Below, piece after piece: positions 19,174-28,350 of a stretch of 31,310 bases of DNA. Made by a program: the position numbers and the translations under genes. This DNA is from Campylobacterota bacterium (lineage in GTDB: Bacteria; Campylobacterota; Campylobacteria; Campylobacterales; Sulfurovaceae), in the NCBI GenBank assembly GCA_034722955.1, contig JAYEOM010000124.1, positions 1 to 31,310 on the forward strand. Direction: 5' to 3'. Positions within the stretch are counted from its first letter, which is position 1. Each line of letters starts with the position of its first letter. Below the pieces are notes generated by a model that did no database searches, had not been told where the DNA came from, and worked only from the letters and a program-made list of their open reading frames with translations.

Positions 19174-19833
19174 TCAATAGGAGAACTTATAGCCTCTTCG
19201 GCGAACCGTGTGGATAACTTGAAATCCAAGAATACTTTTCAACCGTTTACGAATTTGGTTGATAGCTACCTCTACAGTGTTATCGCTTACATATTCGGGC
19301 TCTTCCCAGAGAGCATTGATGATCTCATCTTTGGAGAAAACTCTCTGCTTTCTGAGTGCTAGATAAGCAAGAATATCAAATGTTTTACCATTTAACGAGA
19401 CTATCTTCTCATCATACTCTATCTTTTTGTTGGCTATATCGATCACAAGCTTGCCTATATCGACCTTCGTACCAAAGAGTTGTCTCATGTTAGCTAGAAC
19501 TCTAGCGGCGACAAGATCAGGCTCTCCACAGTGTTTATGTATGACATCATCTACACCTAGTGAAAAGTGTCCTATTTGAGTAGTAGGATTATCCGTCAAT
19601 ATAATAATCTTTGTTTCGCTCTTCTTCTTCTTGACCTCATTTACATAACGCTCAAGAGAAAATCTCACACCCTCATCTACGACAATCACCAACTCATAAT
19701 GCCTAAAATCTGTAAAATTAGTAGCATCATAAAGATCTCTGGCATTATCTACAATACAGATGAAATACTTCTCTAGCTCTGTCTCAAGTTTTTTGACATA
19801 TTCGTCACTCATACCTATTGTTAATATTCTCAT
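19174..19833 (-). CDS. OmpR-family orphan response regulator, divergent HsrA/CosR-like
   Basis: Winged-helix segment WEEPEYVSDNTVEVAINQIR...TVRRRGYKFSY is typical of HP1043/CosR. The receiver domain is degenerate. Confidence 0.88.
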   Translation of the reverse strand: MRILTIGMSDEYVKKLETELEKYFICIVDNARDLYDATNFTDFRHYELVIVVDEGVRFSLERYVNEVKKKKSETKIIILTDNPTTQIGHFSLGVDDVIHKHCGEPDLVAARVLANMRQLFGTKVDIGKLVIDIANKKIEYDEKIVSLNGKTFDILAYLALRKQRVFSKDEIINALWEEPEYVSDNTVEVAINQIRKRLKSILGFQVIHTVRRRGYKFSY

Positions 19834-20134
19834 TCTTACACTTTATCCTTAAGCTCAACTACTTGCATATATTTAAATCATATACTTAAATAAGCGTACC
19901 AAAACTGTTGTACTGGCTTTCTTAAGATAGTTTATATCAAAATATTGCTTATTTAAAAATAAAAGTAACTTTTAGTTTATTTTGGTATTTTATACCTTTT
20001 TACTGCACAAAGGGTGTCTATAGCGTAAAGAGTAGTACTTTAGTGGTAGTATATATAGCATAATAGGGGATGAAAAATAATATAAATTAGAACTATTTTC
20101 TATAAAATAGTCTATTTATTCCCACAAAATCTAC

Positions 20135-21043
20135 CTAAACAGTTTTTTTATAGGCTTTGATATAGACTCTTTTTGGTGCAGGATACCCCTCAATAGTTCT
20201 ACTCTCATCATCAGGATCTAGAAAATGATCAAGACTTTGTGAATCTATCCACTCCGTTTTGCGTTGTTCATTTAGCTCTGTTTTTTTGATGGCTAAAACT
20301 TCAACCCTCTCAAATCCAGCACGATAACACCAATTTTTCAGTGCATTTACTGTAGGGATAAAATAGATATTTGGGATCTTGGAGTATCTATCTCTTGGAG
20401 TCAAACATATCTCATCCTCACCATCGATCATAAATGTGTCCAGTATCAGCTCACCACCTCCGTTAAGACCCCTGTAGAGGGATTTGAGCATTGCTACGGG
20501 GTCACTGCGATGGTAGAGTACCCCTAGACAAAAAAGCAGATCAAATCGATGCTCATAAAACTCCACATGCTCTACCCCCAAAAGTTCATAAACGATATCA
20601 CTCTTCAGGTAGTGATTGATAAATTGAAATTGGGAATAGGTGATAGCAGATGGATCAAAACCTACCAGTTTTTTAGGCTGATTACTCTGCATGCGAAAGA
20701 GGTAGTAAGCGTTGTTGCACCCTATATCTCCGACAACTTTATCTTTGAGGTCAAAATATGGCTCAAGGAGATTATATTTGATAAAACTCTGCCATTCACT
20801 ATCGATGAATATTTGAGATATTTGAAATGGCCCTTTACGCCAAGGCTTCAGTGCTTTGGCTACTTCAAGAATCTTCGCTTCCTGGTCTGCTGCAGTAGTA
20901 GTAAATTCAACCTCTACAACATCACTCAACCATACATGTTTTACCTCTAGGGTTGGCAGTGATGCTATCGCCTCTTGCAGAGGGGCTATATTTTTCCAAG
21001 TGAGCCACTTTTGTCGCTCCTCTCGCAGCTGCTTGAGATCCAA
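20135..21043 (-). CDS. cmoB: tRNA U34 carboxymethyltransferase CmoB
   Basis: LKPWRKGPF, IDSEW.S, DIGCN, GVLYHR and TIEGYPAPKR motifs. Confidence 0.95.
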   Translation of the reverse strand: MDLKQLREERQKWLTWKNIAPLQEAIASLPTLEVKHVWLSDVVEVEFTTTAADQEAKILEVAKALKPWRKGPFQISQIFIDSEWQSFIKYNLLEPYFDLKDKVVGDIGCNNAYYLFRMQSNQPKKLVGFDPSAITYSQFQFINHYLKSDIVYELLGVEHVEFYEHRFDLLFCLGVLYHRSDPVAMLKSLYRGLNGGGELILDTFMIDGEDEICLTPRDRYSKIPNIYFIPTVNALKNWCYRAGFERVEVLAIKKTELNEQRKTEWIDSQSLDHFLDPDDESRTIEGYPAPKRVYIKAYKKTV

Positions 21044-21047
21044 GTCT

Positions 21048-21611
21048 CTACTTTATATACGCTTTTTTGATCACCTGCTTAAAGAGTGGTGTATCACCGG
21101 GTCTAGAGGTGGAGACATTTTCAATCTTGCGAACAACATCTTTGCCTTTTGTCACCACGCCAAAGATAGTATATCCACCATTTAGATGAGGTGTTACTGC
21201 TGTAGTGATAAAGAATTGACTCCCATTGGTATTTGGTCCTCTGTTTGCCATAGCTAACAGATATGGCTTATCGAAGATAACATTGGGGGCATACTCATTT
21301 TTGAAATCTTTATTCCAGATAGATTCACCGCCCATGCCGGTACCGTCAGGATCACCGCCTTGAATCATAAAGCCTTTGATAACCCTATGAAAGATAACAC
21401 CATTGTAGTAGCCCCTCTTAGTCAATGTGACAAAATTTTCTACTGCTAGAGGTGCAACATCGCCAAAGAGTTTAAGCTCAATATTACCTTGATTGGTTTG
21501 GAGTACAACTATAGGATTTTTCTCTTTTGTACTCTTTTTTGATTCAGCACTAATCTGCTGCACAGATACAAAGCCCAGGACAAAGAGTCCTATGATGATC
21601 TTTTTTAGCAT
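21048..21611 (-). CDS. Cyclophilin-type peptidyl-prolyl isomerase, exported
   Basis: Signal peptide. FHRVIKGFMIQGGD and MANRGPNTNGSQFFIT motifs. Confidence 0.95.
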   Translation of the reverse strand: MLKKIIIGLFVLGFVSVQQISAESKKSTKEKNPIVVLQTNQGNIELKLFGDVAPLAVENFVTLTKRGYYNGVIFHRVIKGFMIQGGDPDGTGMGGESIWNKDFKNEYAPNVIFDKPYLLAMANRGPNTNGSQFFITTAVTPHLNGGYTIFGVVTKGKDVVRKIENVSTSRPGDTPLFKQVIKKAYIK

Positions 21612-21901
21612 AGACCTGACTCACAATGCTCTATATTTAACAACTTTAACACTCTCTCAAAAAAATCACCGCCACTGCGATGGATATCATCCTGAAACTC
21701 AATATATATCGCTTGGATATCTGGACGATCGTTGGATATTTTATCGAAAATAAAAGGGGTCATACCTGTCTCTTTTTTGACAGTATTAATCGCCTCTTCT
21801 ATCTGAATCTTCAAATCAGGACAATCACCAAACATCAAACTTAGTGCCTCATAGCGCTCTTCCATTCGGACGAGTGCCTTAATCTCCGTGCATTTTTCCA
21901 T
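21605..21901 (-). CDS. Hypothetical protein
   Basis: 98-aa ORF tightly packed between rny and the PPIase gene on the same strand. Confidence 0.7.
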   Translation of the reverse strand: MEKCTEIKALVRMEERYEALSLMFGDCPDLKIQIEEAINTVKKETGMTPFIFDKISNDRPDIQAIYIEFQDDIHRSGGDFFERVLKLLNIEHCESGLC

Positions 21902-21907
21902 ATTTAT

Positions 21908-23431
21908 CTACCTTGCATAATTGATTGAACGAGACTCTCTGATCACGCTCACTTTTATTTCACCGGGGTATTGTACCCTATCTTCTATATCTTTTGCTAT
22001 CTCTCTACTTAACATTACTGCTTCATTATCACTCACTTTACCTGTATTGACCATAATACGGAGTTCTCTACCTGCATTGATGGCGTAAGCTCTCTCTACA
22101 CCCTCTCTGCTCAAAGCAATCTCTTCAAGCTCTTTGACCCTCTTGGTAAAGCTCTCTAGGACCTCTCTTCTGGCACCTGGTCTAGCAGCAGAGAGAGCGT
22201 CAGCAGCACATACTGCAGCACTCTCTACACTATCAGGCTCTTCGTGACCATGGTGAGCATAGATAGCATTGACTACTGTGGGGTGTTCACCATATTTTTT
22301 ACAAAGTTCTGCACCTATATCTACATGCGATCCGCCAAAGTCCTGAGTCAGTGCTTTGCCGACATCATGGAGTAGACCGGCACGCAGTGCCAACTTCTCA
22401 TCACCTCCCATCTCTGCTGCCATCACAGATGCCAATCGTGCCACCTCAAGCGTATGTGCCAAGGCATTTTGTCCATAGCTAGCACGGTACTTCAGCCTTC
22501 CTATGAGCTTGACTAACTCTTCATGCATAGGGAAGAGTCCCAGATCGATCAGGATATTTTCACCCTCTTCATATATCTTCTGCTCAAACTCCATCTCTAC
22601 CTTCGTATGAATCTCCTCTATACGACCGGGGTGTATACGCCCATCTTCTACTAAGAGCTCTATCACTCTTGTAGCGATAGCTCTGCGATAGAGGTTGAAA
22701 GAGCTTATCAGTATGACTCCTGGTGTCTCATCGATAACGATATCAACTCCCAATAACATCTCCAACGCTTTGATATTGCGTCCCTCTTTACCGATGATAC
22801 GACCCTTGTGATCATCACTAGGCAGAGTCACCATGTTGATCAATCTCTCACCGGCAAACTCACCGGCATATCGGGTAGTTGCCTGAGCCAAAATATAGTT
22901 TGCTCTCTTCTCCCCCTCCTCTTTGGCTCTCTGCTCATACTTTCTCACGATAGAGGCGATATCAGAGCTGCACTTTATCTCTACTTGTCCAAGGATCTGT
23001 ACTTTGGCCTCCTCCTCTGTCATAGAGGCGATCTTCTCCATCTTTTTGATCAATTGATCAATCTGAAAACGCCTCTTCTCTTCGAGTTTATCCAAACTCT
23101 TACTCTTCTCATCTGCACGATATTGAAACTTTTGAAGTTTCTTTCGCTCTCTGTTGAGCTCTTTAGTCTCTAAGATGAGATCTCTATTACGCTTCTCCAC
23201 CTCTTGTAGACGAACCTGAAATCCTCTCTCTAGTTCAAGCTCATCCTCTTTGATCTTAACTTTTACATCCTGAAGCATACGCTCCGACTCATGCTCTATC
23301 GCCTTGGCTTTTGCCTTGGCTTCCAACTCCATATATCTGAACTTTTTGCTACTGCTGTTTTTTAACCACAGGTAAGTGATACCTGCACCAGCTGCAGCAG
23401 AAAACAGACCTGTTCCTACTGTTATCAACAT
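21908..23431 (-). CDS. rny: Ribonuclease Y
   Basis: N-terminal TM, coiled coil, KH domain (KGRIIGKEGRNI) and HD domain (LLHDVGK, SAARPGAR). Confidence 0.97.
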   Translation of the reverse strand: MLITVGTGLFSAAAGAGITYLWLKNSSSKKFRYMELEAKAKAKAIEHESERMLQDVKVKIKEDELELERGFQVRLQEVEKRNRDLILETKELNRERKKLQKFQYRADEKSKSLDKLEEKRRFQIDQLIKKMEKIASMTEEEAKVQILGQVEIKCSSDIASIVRKYEQRAKEEGEKRANYILAQATTRYAGEFAGERLINMVTLPSDDHKGRIIGKEGRNIKALEMLLGVDIVIDETPGVILISSFNLYRRAIATRVIELLVEDGRIHPGRIEEIHTKVEMEFEQKIYEEGENILIDLGLFPMHEELVKLIGRLKYRASYGQNALAHTLEVARLASVMAAEMGGDEKLALRAGLLHDVGKALTQDFGGSHVDIGAELCKKYGEHPTVVNAIYAHHGHEEPDSVESAAVCAADALSAARPGARREVLESFTKRVKELEEIALSREGVERAYAINAGRELRIMVNTGKVSDNEAVMLSREIAKDIEDRVQYPGEIKVSVIRESRSINYAR

Positions 23432-23433
23432 CT

Positions 23434-23994
23434 TTACTGCTTTTTCCGAATCAATATCTTTTCAGGCGTAATAATCCTATCTGCTGCCACATCATAATGG
23501 CTTGTCACTACTTGAGGGGAGATAGACAATCTACGCGAAATGAATATAACTCTTTTTATATTTTTTTGTTCTCGTGCGAAAAATCTGTCATACATCCCTT
23601 TGCCAAATCCTACCCGTCTCAGTGTCGGATCTGTACCTACTATCGGGACAATAGCCAAATCAATCACTCTTTTTCTATATTGTTTTGAATATTTTGGTTC
23701 TCTAGTGCCAAACTCTTTTTTTATCAGTGGCAATCTATATTTTACCAATCTAAAACTTTCACCTTCCATAAACGGGACAAAGAGCTGTCTCTTCTCCTCT
23801 CTAAGCTGTTTGATAAGTGGCATAATATCAACTTCAATACCTAATGGTATATAGAGCATGATATTTTTTGCATCCAAACTCTCTATCATCTCATAGAGTT
23901 TCTCTATTACATATCTATCTTTTTGATAATTTGATCTCCTCTGCTGCTTTTTTAGCTTAAGAAGTGACTCTTTTCGAAATAGATTTTTATCCAT
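23434..23994 (-). CDS. ygfA: 5-formyltetrahydrofolate cyclo-ligase
   Basis: FG..EP, IVP.VG, RVGFGKGMYDR and D...D.IIT motifs. Upstream of rny. Confidence 0.92.
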   Translation of the reverse strand: MDKNLFRKESLLKLKKQQRRSNYQKDRYVIEKLYEMIESLDAKNIMLYIPLGIEVDIMPLIKQLREEKRQLFVPFMEGESFRLVKYRLPLIKKEFGTREPKYSKQYRKRVIDLAIVPIVGTDPTLRRVGFGKGMYDRFFAREQKNIKRVIFISRRLSISPQVVTSHYDVAADRIITPEKILIRKKQ

Positions 23995-24021
23995 ATTTTG
24001 ATCTGCCTTATTAAAATCCCA

Positions 24022-24074
24022 ATTATATCACATCTAAAACTTTAATCCGGTGCTATATTTAGTTTTGCTATCAT
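24022..24074. promoter_or_regulatory. Divergent extended -10 promoters for ygfA-rny (-) and oleate hydratase (+)
   Basis: TGATATAAT on the minus strand at 24022-24030 and TGCTATCAT on the plus strand at 24066-24074. Confidence 0.55.
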
Positions 24075-24121
24075 ACCTCTACAGTTTTGACAACACAACA
24101 TCATCAACAGAAAGGAAACCG

Positions 24122-25714
24122 ATGAGTAACGCAACAAACATCAACCCAAAAGAGGCAAAGGTCTATCTGATAGGTAGTGGTCTCGCTTCTCTGGCAAGTG
24201 CCGTCTATCTGATAAAAGATGCTGGTGTGCTTGGTGAAAATATCCATATCCTAGAGAAGGATACTATCGCAGGTGGTGCTCTGGATGGAGCGGGAGATCC
24301 TGATAAAGGCTTTGTTGTGCGTGGGGGGCGGATGCATGAGATGCATTATGAGTGTTACTGGGAACTGCTCTCACATATACCATCACTAGAAGATCCCAAT
24401 GTTTCAGTACGGGATGAGTCGTATGAGTTCAATGAACGGTTTGTCTCAAATGGACAAGCGAGACTTATAAAAGATGGCAAAAAGGTAGATGTCTCAACCT
24501 ATGGCTTGACATTCAGCCAGCAGAAAGATTTTGTAGAGTTGACAATGGCTTCTGAGAAGTCATTGGGAGACAAACGAATCGAAGATTGGTTTGATCAAGA
24601 TTTCTTCGATACCAACTTTTGGCATATCTGGACATCTATGTTCGCCTTCCAAAAGTGGAGTAGTCTTGCTGAGATGAGACGATATATGAAGCGTTTTATG
24701 CACCTAGTCGATGGTCTCTACAGGCTGGGTGGAGTTATGCGTACCAAGTACAACCAGTATGACTCTGTAGTAAGACCTATGAGGAGATACCTCGAAGCCA
24801 AAGGTCTCTCTTTTGATATGGGTATGGAAGTTGTAGATATCGACTTTGATCTATCGGCAGACAAAAAATCAGCAACTGTTTTGCATCTCAAAGATAGAGA
24901 CGAGATAGTTTTAGGGGAAAACGACTTTGTACTCTTTACCAATGGCTCAATAACAGAGAGTACAGACAATGGAACATGGGATACCCCTGCAAAACTCAAA
25001 GGGATAGATGAGTCAGGCTCATGGAAGTTGTGGAAAAAGATCGCGGTAAAAGATAGTACATTTGGTAACCCAAGTCCATTTTGTGACAATATAGATCTGC
25101 AAAAATGGTACTCATTTACAGCTACGATGAGAGACAGCACTCTCCTTGATTATATGGAAAACTTCTCAGGCAATGTAGATGGTACAGGCGGATTGGTAAC
25201 AATGGTCGATTCCAACTGGTTCATGTCTATAGTGATAGCTCGTCAACCTCACTTCCCAAATCAACCAAAAGATGTCAAAATCTTCTGGGGTTACGGACTA
25301 TATCCTGACAGAAAAGGAAACCATGTCAATAAAACCATGGCTGAGTGCAGTGGAGCAGAGATACTTGAAGAGCTATACTACCATCTAAAGATAGAGGATT
25401 TGATGAAACCTGTCACAGAGGCAGGGGATGTCAACTGTATCCCGGTCGCCATGCCTTATGTCGATAGTCTCTTTATGCCTAGAGTACTTGGTGATAGACC
25501 AGATGTCATACCCAAGGGAGCAACAAACTTTGCATTCCTAGGTCAATTCGCCGAAGCACCAAAAGATTGTGTCTTTACTGTAGAGTACTCTGTACGAACT
25601 GCTCAGATGGCAGTCTATGGTCTCTTTGATACAGACAAAGAGGTACACCCTATGTATGAACCAGCACACCATCCCAAATATCTAATTGCAGCCATTAAGG
25701 CGATCAGCAGATAA
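24122..25714 (+). CDS. ohyA: Oleate hydratase (myosin-cross-reactive antigen family, FAD-dependent)
   Basis: GSGLASL FAD motif, GGALDG, RGGRM, KYNQYDS, TNGS and GQFAE..D.VFTVEYSVR. Start at 24122 with an AAGGA SD. Confidence 0.93.
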   Translation: MSNATNINPKEAKVYLIGSGLASLASAVYLIKDAGVLGENIHILEKDTIAGGALDGAGDPDKGFVVRGGRMHEMHYECYWELLSHIPSLEDPNVSVRDESYEFNERFVSNGQARLIKDGKKVDVSTYGLTFSQQKDFVELTMASEKSLGDKRIEDWFDQDFFDTNFWHIWTSMFAFQKWSSLAEMRRYMKRFMHLVDGLYRLGGVMRTKYNQYDSVVRPMRRYLEAKGLSFDMGMEVVDIDFDLSADKKSATVLHLKDRDEIVLGENDFVLFTNGSITESTDNGTWDTPAKLKGIDESGSWKLWKKIAVKDSTFGNPSPFCDNIDLQKWYSFTATMRDSTLLDYMENFSGNVDGTGGLVTMVDSNWFMSIVIARQPHFPNQPKDVKIFWGYGLYPDRKGNHVNKTMAECSGAEILEELYYHLKIEDLMKPVTEAGDVNCIPVAMPYVDSLFMPRVLGDRPDVIPKGATNFAFLGQFAEAPKDCVFTVEYSVRTAQMAVYGLFDTDKEVHPMYEPAHHPKYLIAAIKAISR

Positions 25715-25745
25715 TTTGAACCCGAAATATAGACAAAGGAGTGAT

Positions 25746-26018
25746 ATGAACCTCGACAACAAGATAACATTTGCAGAGACAGTATTTGCACAAGAGGTAG
25801 ATGGGGAGATAGTACTTCTCGATATGAAGAGTGAAAACTACTTTGGACTTGATGAGGTAGGCAGCTCGATATGGCAAGCTATGGAGAGTGGAAAAACGAT
25901 CAGAGAGGTTCGTGAAATAGTGTTAAATCAATATGATGTTGAGTCTGATGTTCTTGAGAGAGATCTATTGGGCTTTATCAAAAAGCTTGTTGAGAGTGGA
26001 TTGATAGAGCTAAAATAG
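25746..26018 (+). CDS. PqqD-family / RiPP recognition element (RRE) stand-alone protein
   Basis: EVDGEIVLLD...NYFGLDEVGSSIW...YDV...L..D...F...L...GLI pattern. AAAGGAG SD before ATG 25746. Confidence 0.88.
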   Translation: MNLDNKITFAETVFAQEVDGEIVLLDMKSENYFGLDEVGSSIWQAMESGKTIREVREIVLNQYDVESDVLERDLLGFIKKLVESGLIELK

Positions 26019-26140
26019 TCTTGAATACTGATGATTTTGAAACATTTTTTCAATAATTTATTTTTTTTATTAGATAATATGAGTTTATATGGATAGATAT
26101 GATATAATCGAGCCAAATTATCTATTGGAGCTCCATCGCT

Positions 26141-26884
26141 ATGAAAGACCATAACTTAGACGACCTCATCATCGATGATATAAATACCGGAAAGAGTAAA
26201 AGTAAAGGTATCCTTACGATTGTTGCCTTATTGATCGTACTATTGATCACTGCTATCGTTATGACACGCATATTTCTTGGTGACAGTGACCAGAATGAAA
26301 CGATTGTATTAGAGGAGAAACAGGAGGACTTGATAAGTCCCGAACTTCAACTAGATCCTACAACTCAAGATGTAGAAGCGGACAAGAAAGAGTTGGAACA
26401 ACTCTCTTCGATACTACATGAAGAGCTTACCGATGAAGATGATAATATCGATATCGCAGAACCAAAGCCCACTACCCCGCCAAAAGAGGAGTCAGTCAAA
26501 GTTGAAACTGTAGATATCTTTGAGGATAGACTAAAGGTTGAACCTCCTGTAAAAGAGAAGATCATCCTAGATCTGCCTCCTGTAGATAAAGTAGCAAAAA
26601 AACCTGTCCAGCAAAAACCAGTACCGGTAGCAAAAAAAGAGACTCCCAAAGAGAGCAGACCGAAAAAACCAAAAGCAACTGCAAAATATTATATTCAGGT
26701 TGGATCTTTCACACAAAAACCTAGTAAAGAGTTTCTTGCAAGAATAAGCAAAAATGGATTTAAATACAAACTCTACAGTGGCAAACTTCTCATAGGACCA
26801 TACTATAGTGACGCAGCGGCTAGAAAAGATTTGCCAAAAGTCAAAGACAAGATCAACAAGGGTGCCTTCATCAAGCACCTATAG
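26141..26884 (+). CDS. SPOR-domain cell-division protein (DedD/FtsN-like)
   Basis: N-terminal TM, Pro/Lys-rich linker, YYIQVGSF and IGPY motifs. TGATATAAT promoter at 26100-26108. Confidence 0.88.
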   Translation: MKDHNLDDLIIDDINTGKSKSKGILTIVALLIVLLITAIVMTRIFLGDSDQNETIVLEEKQEDLISPELQLDPTTQDVEADKKELEQLSSILHEELTDEDDNIDIAEPKPTTPPKEESVKVETVDIFEDRLKVEPPVKEKIILDLPPVDKVAKKPVQQKPVPVAKKETPKESRPKKPKATAKYYIQVGSFTQKPSKEFLARISKNGFKYKLYSGKLLIGPYYSDAAARKDLPKVKDKINKGAFIKHL

Positions 26885-26895
26885 GAGTCCTATCG

Positions 26896-28302
26896 ATGTA
26901 CAAAACTCTACTATATGACCAGCTCACTCCTGTTGCCCTCTATGGGCAGATCAAAGAGCAGTTTCCTAGTGAAGTCACCATGCTCTTTGAGAGTGTTGTC
27001 AACACTAGCGATGGAAATTTCAGCTTTATTGCCATAGGTGCATGGGAACGCTTGAGCTACAGAGATAAAAAAACAACCTACATTGACAAGAGTGGTCTCT
27101 CAACCCAGCTATCAGAAGATCCCTTCTCCTTTCTAAAATCTTACTATAACCAGATCGATAAAGTCAAATATCTAAAGAGTTCTCAAGAGGTAGGATTTAG
27201 TTTTGTTGATGGGTTTATAGGTTTTATCGCTTATGATATTGTCAAAGTATTTGAACCTATTCTCGAGGAGAGCATGGACCATCTGCTCGATCCCCTAGAT
27301 ACTCCTGACCTTGATCTCATACGACCAAAAATCATCTTGGCATACTCACACAAGAGTGCCAAACTAACTATGATCCTAAATGATGAAGATGCTCAAGAGT
27401 CCTTTGACAGTATCGAATCAATGCTACACAGATCGAGTACACCTATGCCTATCAAAGCTGTTCAGCTTGATGGTGACGGAAGCTTCTCTATCGAAGAGGA
27501 GAGATTTAAAGAGATGGTTGATGAGTCCAAGGAGCATATCCGCAGTGGTGATATCTTTCAAATCCTGCTCTCTAACCGATATACCCAAAAGGGGAAGATC
27601 GATCCTCTTAGCTTCTATCGTGTATTGAGATCTAAGAATCCATCTCCTTATCTGTTTTTACTCGATTTTGAGGAGTTCTCCATCTGTGGTTCATCTCCTG
27701 AAGTGATGGTTCGGCTCACAGACAATGAGATACTTCTGCGTCCTATAGCAGGAACAAGAAAAAGAGGTAAAACTCATCAGCGAGATCGTGAACTCGAAGA
27801 GGAGATGCTAGGCGACCCCAAAGAGTGTGCTGAACACTTGATGCTCATCGATCTAGGACGCAATGATGTAGGTCGTGTAGCTCAAACAGGCAGCGTAGAG
27901 GTGACTGATATGATGCGTGTAGAGAGATATAGCCATGTGATGCATATGGTTAGTGATGTTCAAGCCCAACTCGAAGAGGGTAGAGATATGTTCGATCTTT
28001 TTGCTGCTACATTTACAGCCGGCACTATGACTGGAGCACCCAAGATCAAAGCTATGGAGATCATAGCAGAGTTTGAAGGGTTGAAGAGAGGGTTCTATAG
28101 CGGTGCTGTTGGGTACTTTGCATTCAATGGCAACATGGATAGTGCCATCGCTATCCGTACCTCTCTGATCAAGCCTGACTCTATAACACTCCAAGCAGGT
28201 GCTGGTGTTGTCGCAGATAGCCAACCAAAACTAGAGTACCTGGAAGTCAAAAACAAATTGGGTGCCCTACTCTCAACTCTCAAAGAGATGGAAGCACTCT
28301 AA
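26896..28302 (+). CDS. trpE: Anthranilate synthase component I
   Basis: LFES, NPSPY, SSPE, PIAGT, EHLMLIDLGRND, TGAPK and QAGAGVVADS motifs. Confidence 0.88.
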   Translation: MYKTLLYDQLTPVALYGQIKEQFPSEVTMLFESVVNTSDGNFSFIAIGAWERLSYRDKKTTYIDKSGLSTQLSEDPFSFLKSYYNQIDKVKYLKSSQEVGFSFVDGFIGFIAYDIVKVFEPILEESMDHLLDPLDTPDLDLIRPKIILAYSHKSAKLTMILNDEDAQESFDSIESMLHRSSTPMPIKAVQLDGDGSFSIEEERFKEMVDESKEHIRSGDIFQILLSNRYTQKGKIDPLSFYRVLRSKNPSPYLFLLDFEEFSICGSSPEVMVRLTDNEILLRPIAGTRKRGKTHQRDRELEEEMLGDPKECAEHLMLIDLGRNDVGRVAQTGSVEVTDMMRVERYSHVMHMVSDVQAQLEEGRDMFDLFAATFTAGTMTGAPKIKAMEIIAEFEGLKRGFYSGAVGYFAFNGNMDSAIAIRTSLIKPDSITLQAGAGVVADSQPKLEYLEVKNKLGALLSTLKEMEAL

Positions 28303-28350
28303 GGGTAGACCTAGAGTATCTATCTCCCAAATCCACCATAAAAGCAGCTT

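Noticed and set aside
23995..24121. 6S RNA upstream of ygfA
   Set aside because: The gap is only about 127 nt, holds two divergent promoters and shows no long hairpin.
28303..28330. Weak hairpin between trpE and aroE
   Set aside because: Too degenerate to call as a repeat or terminator.
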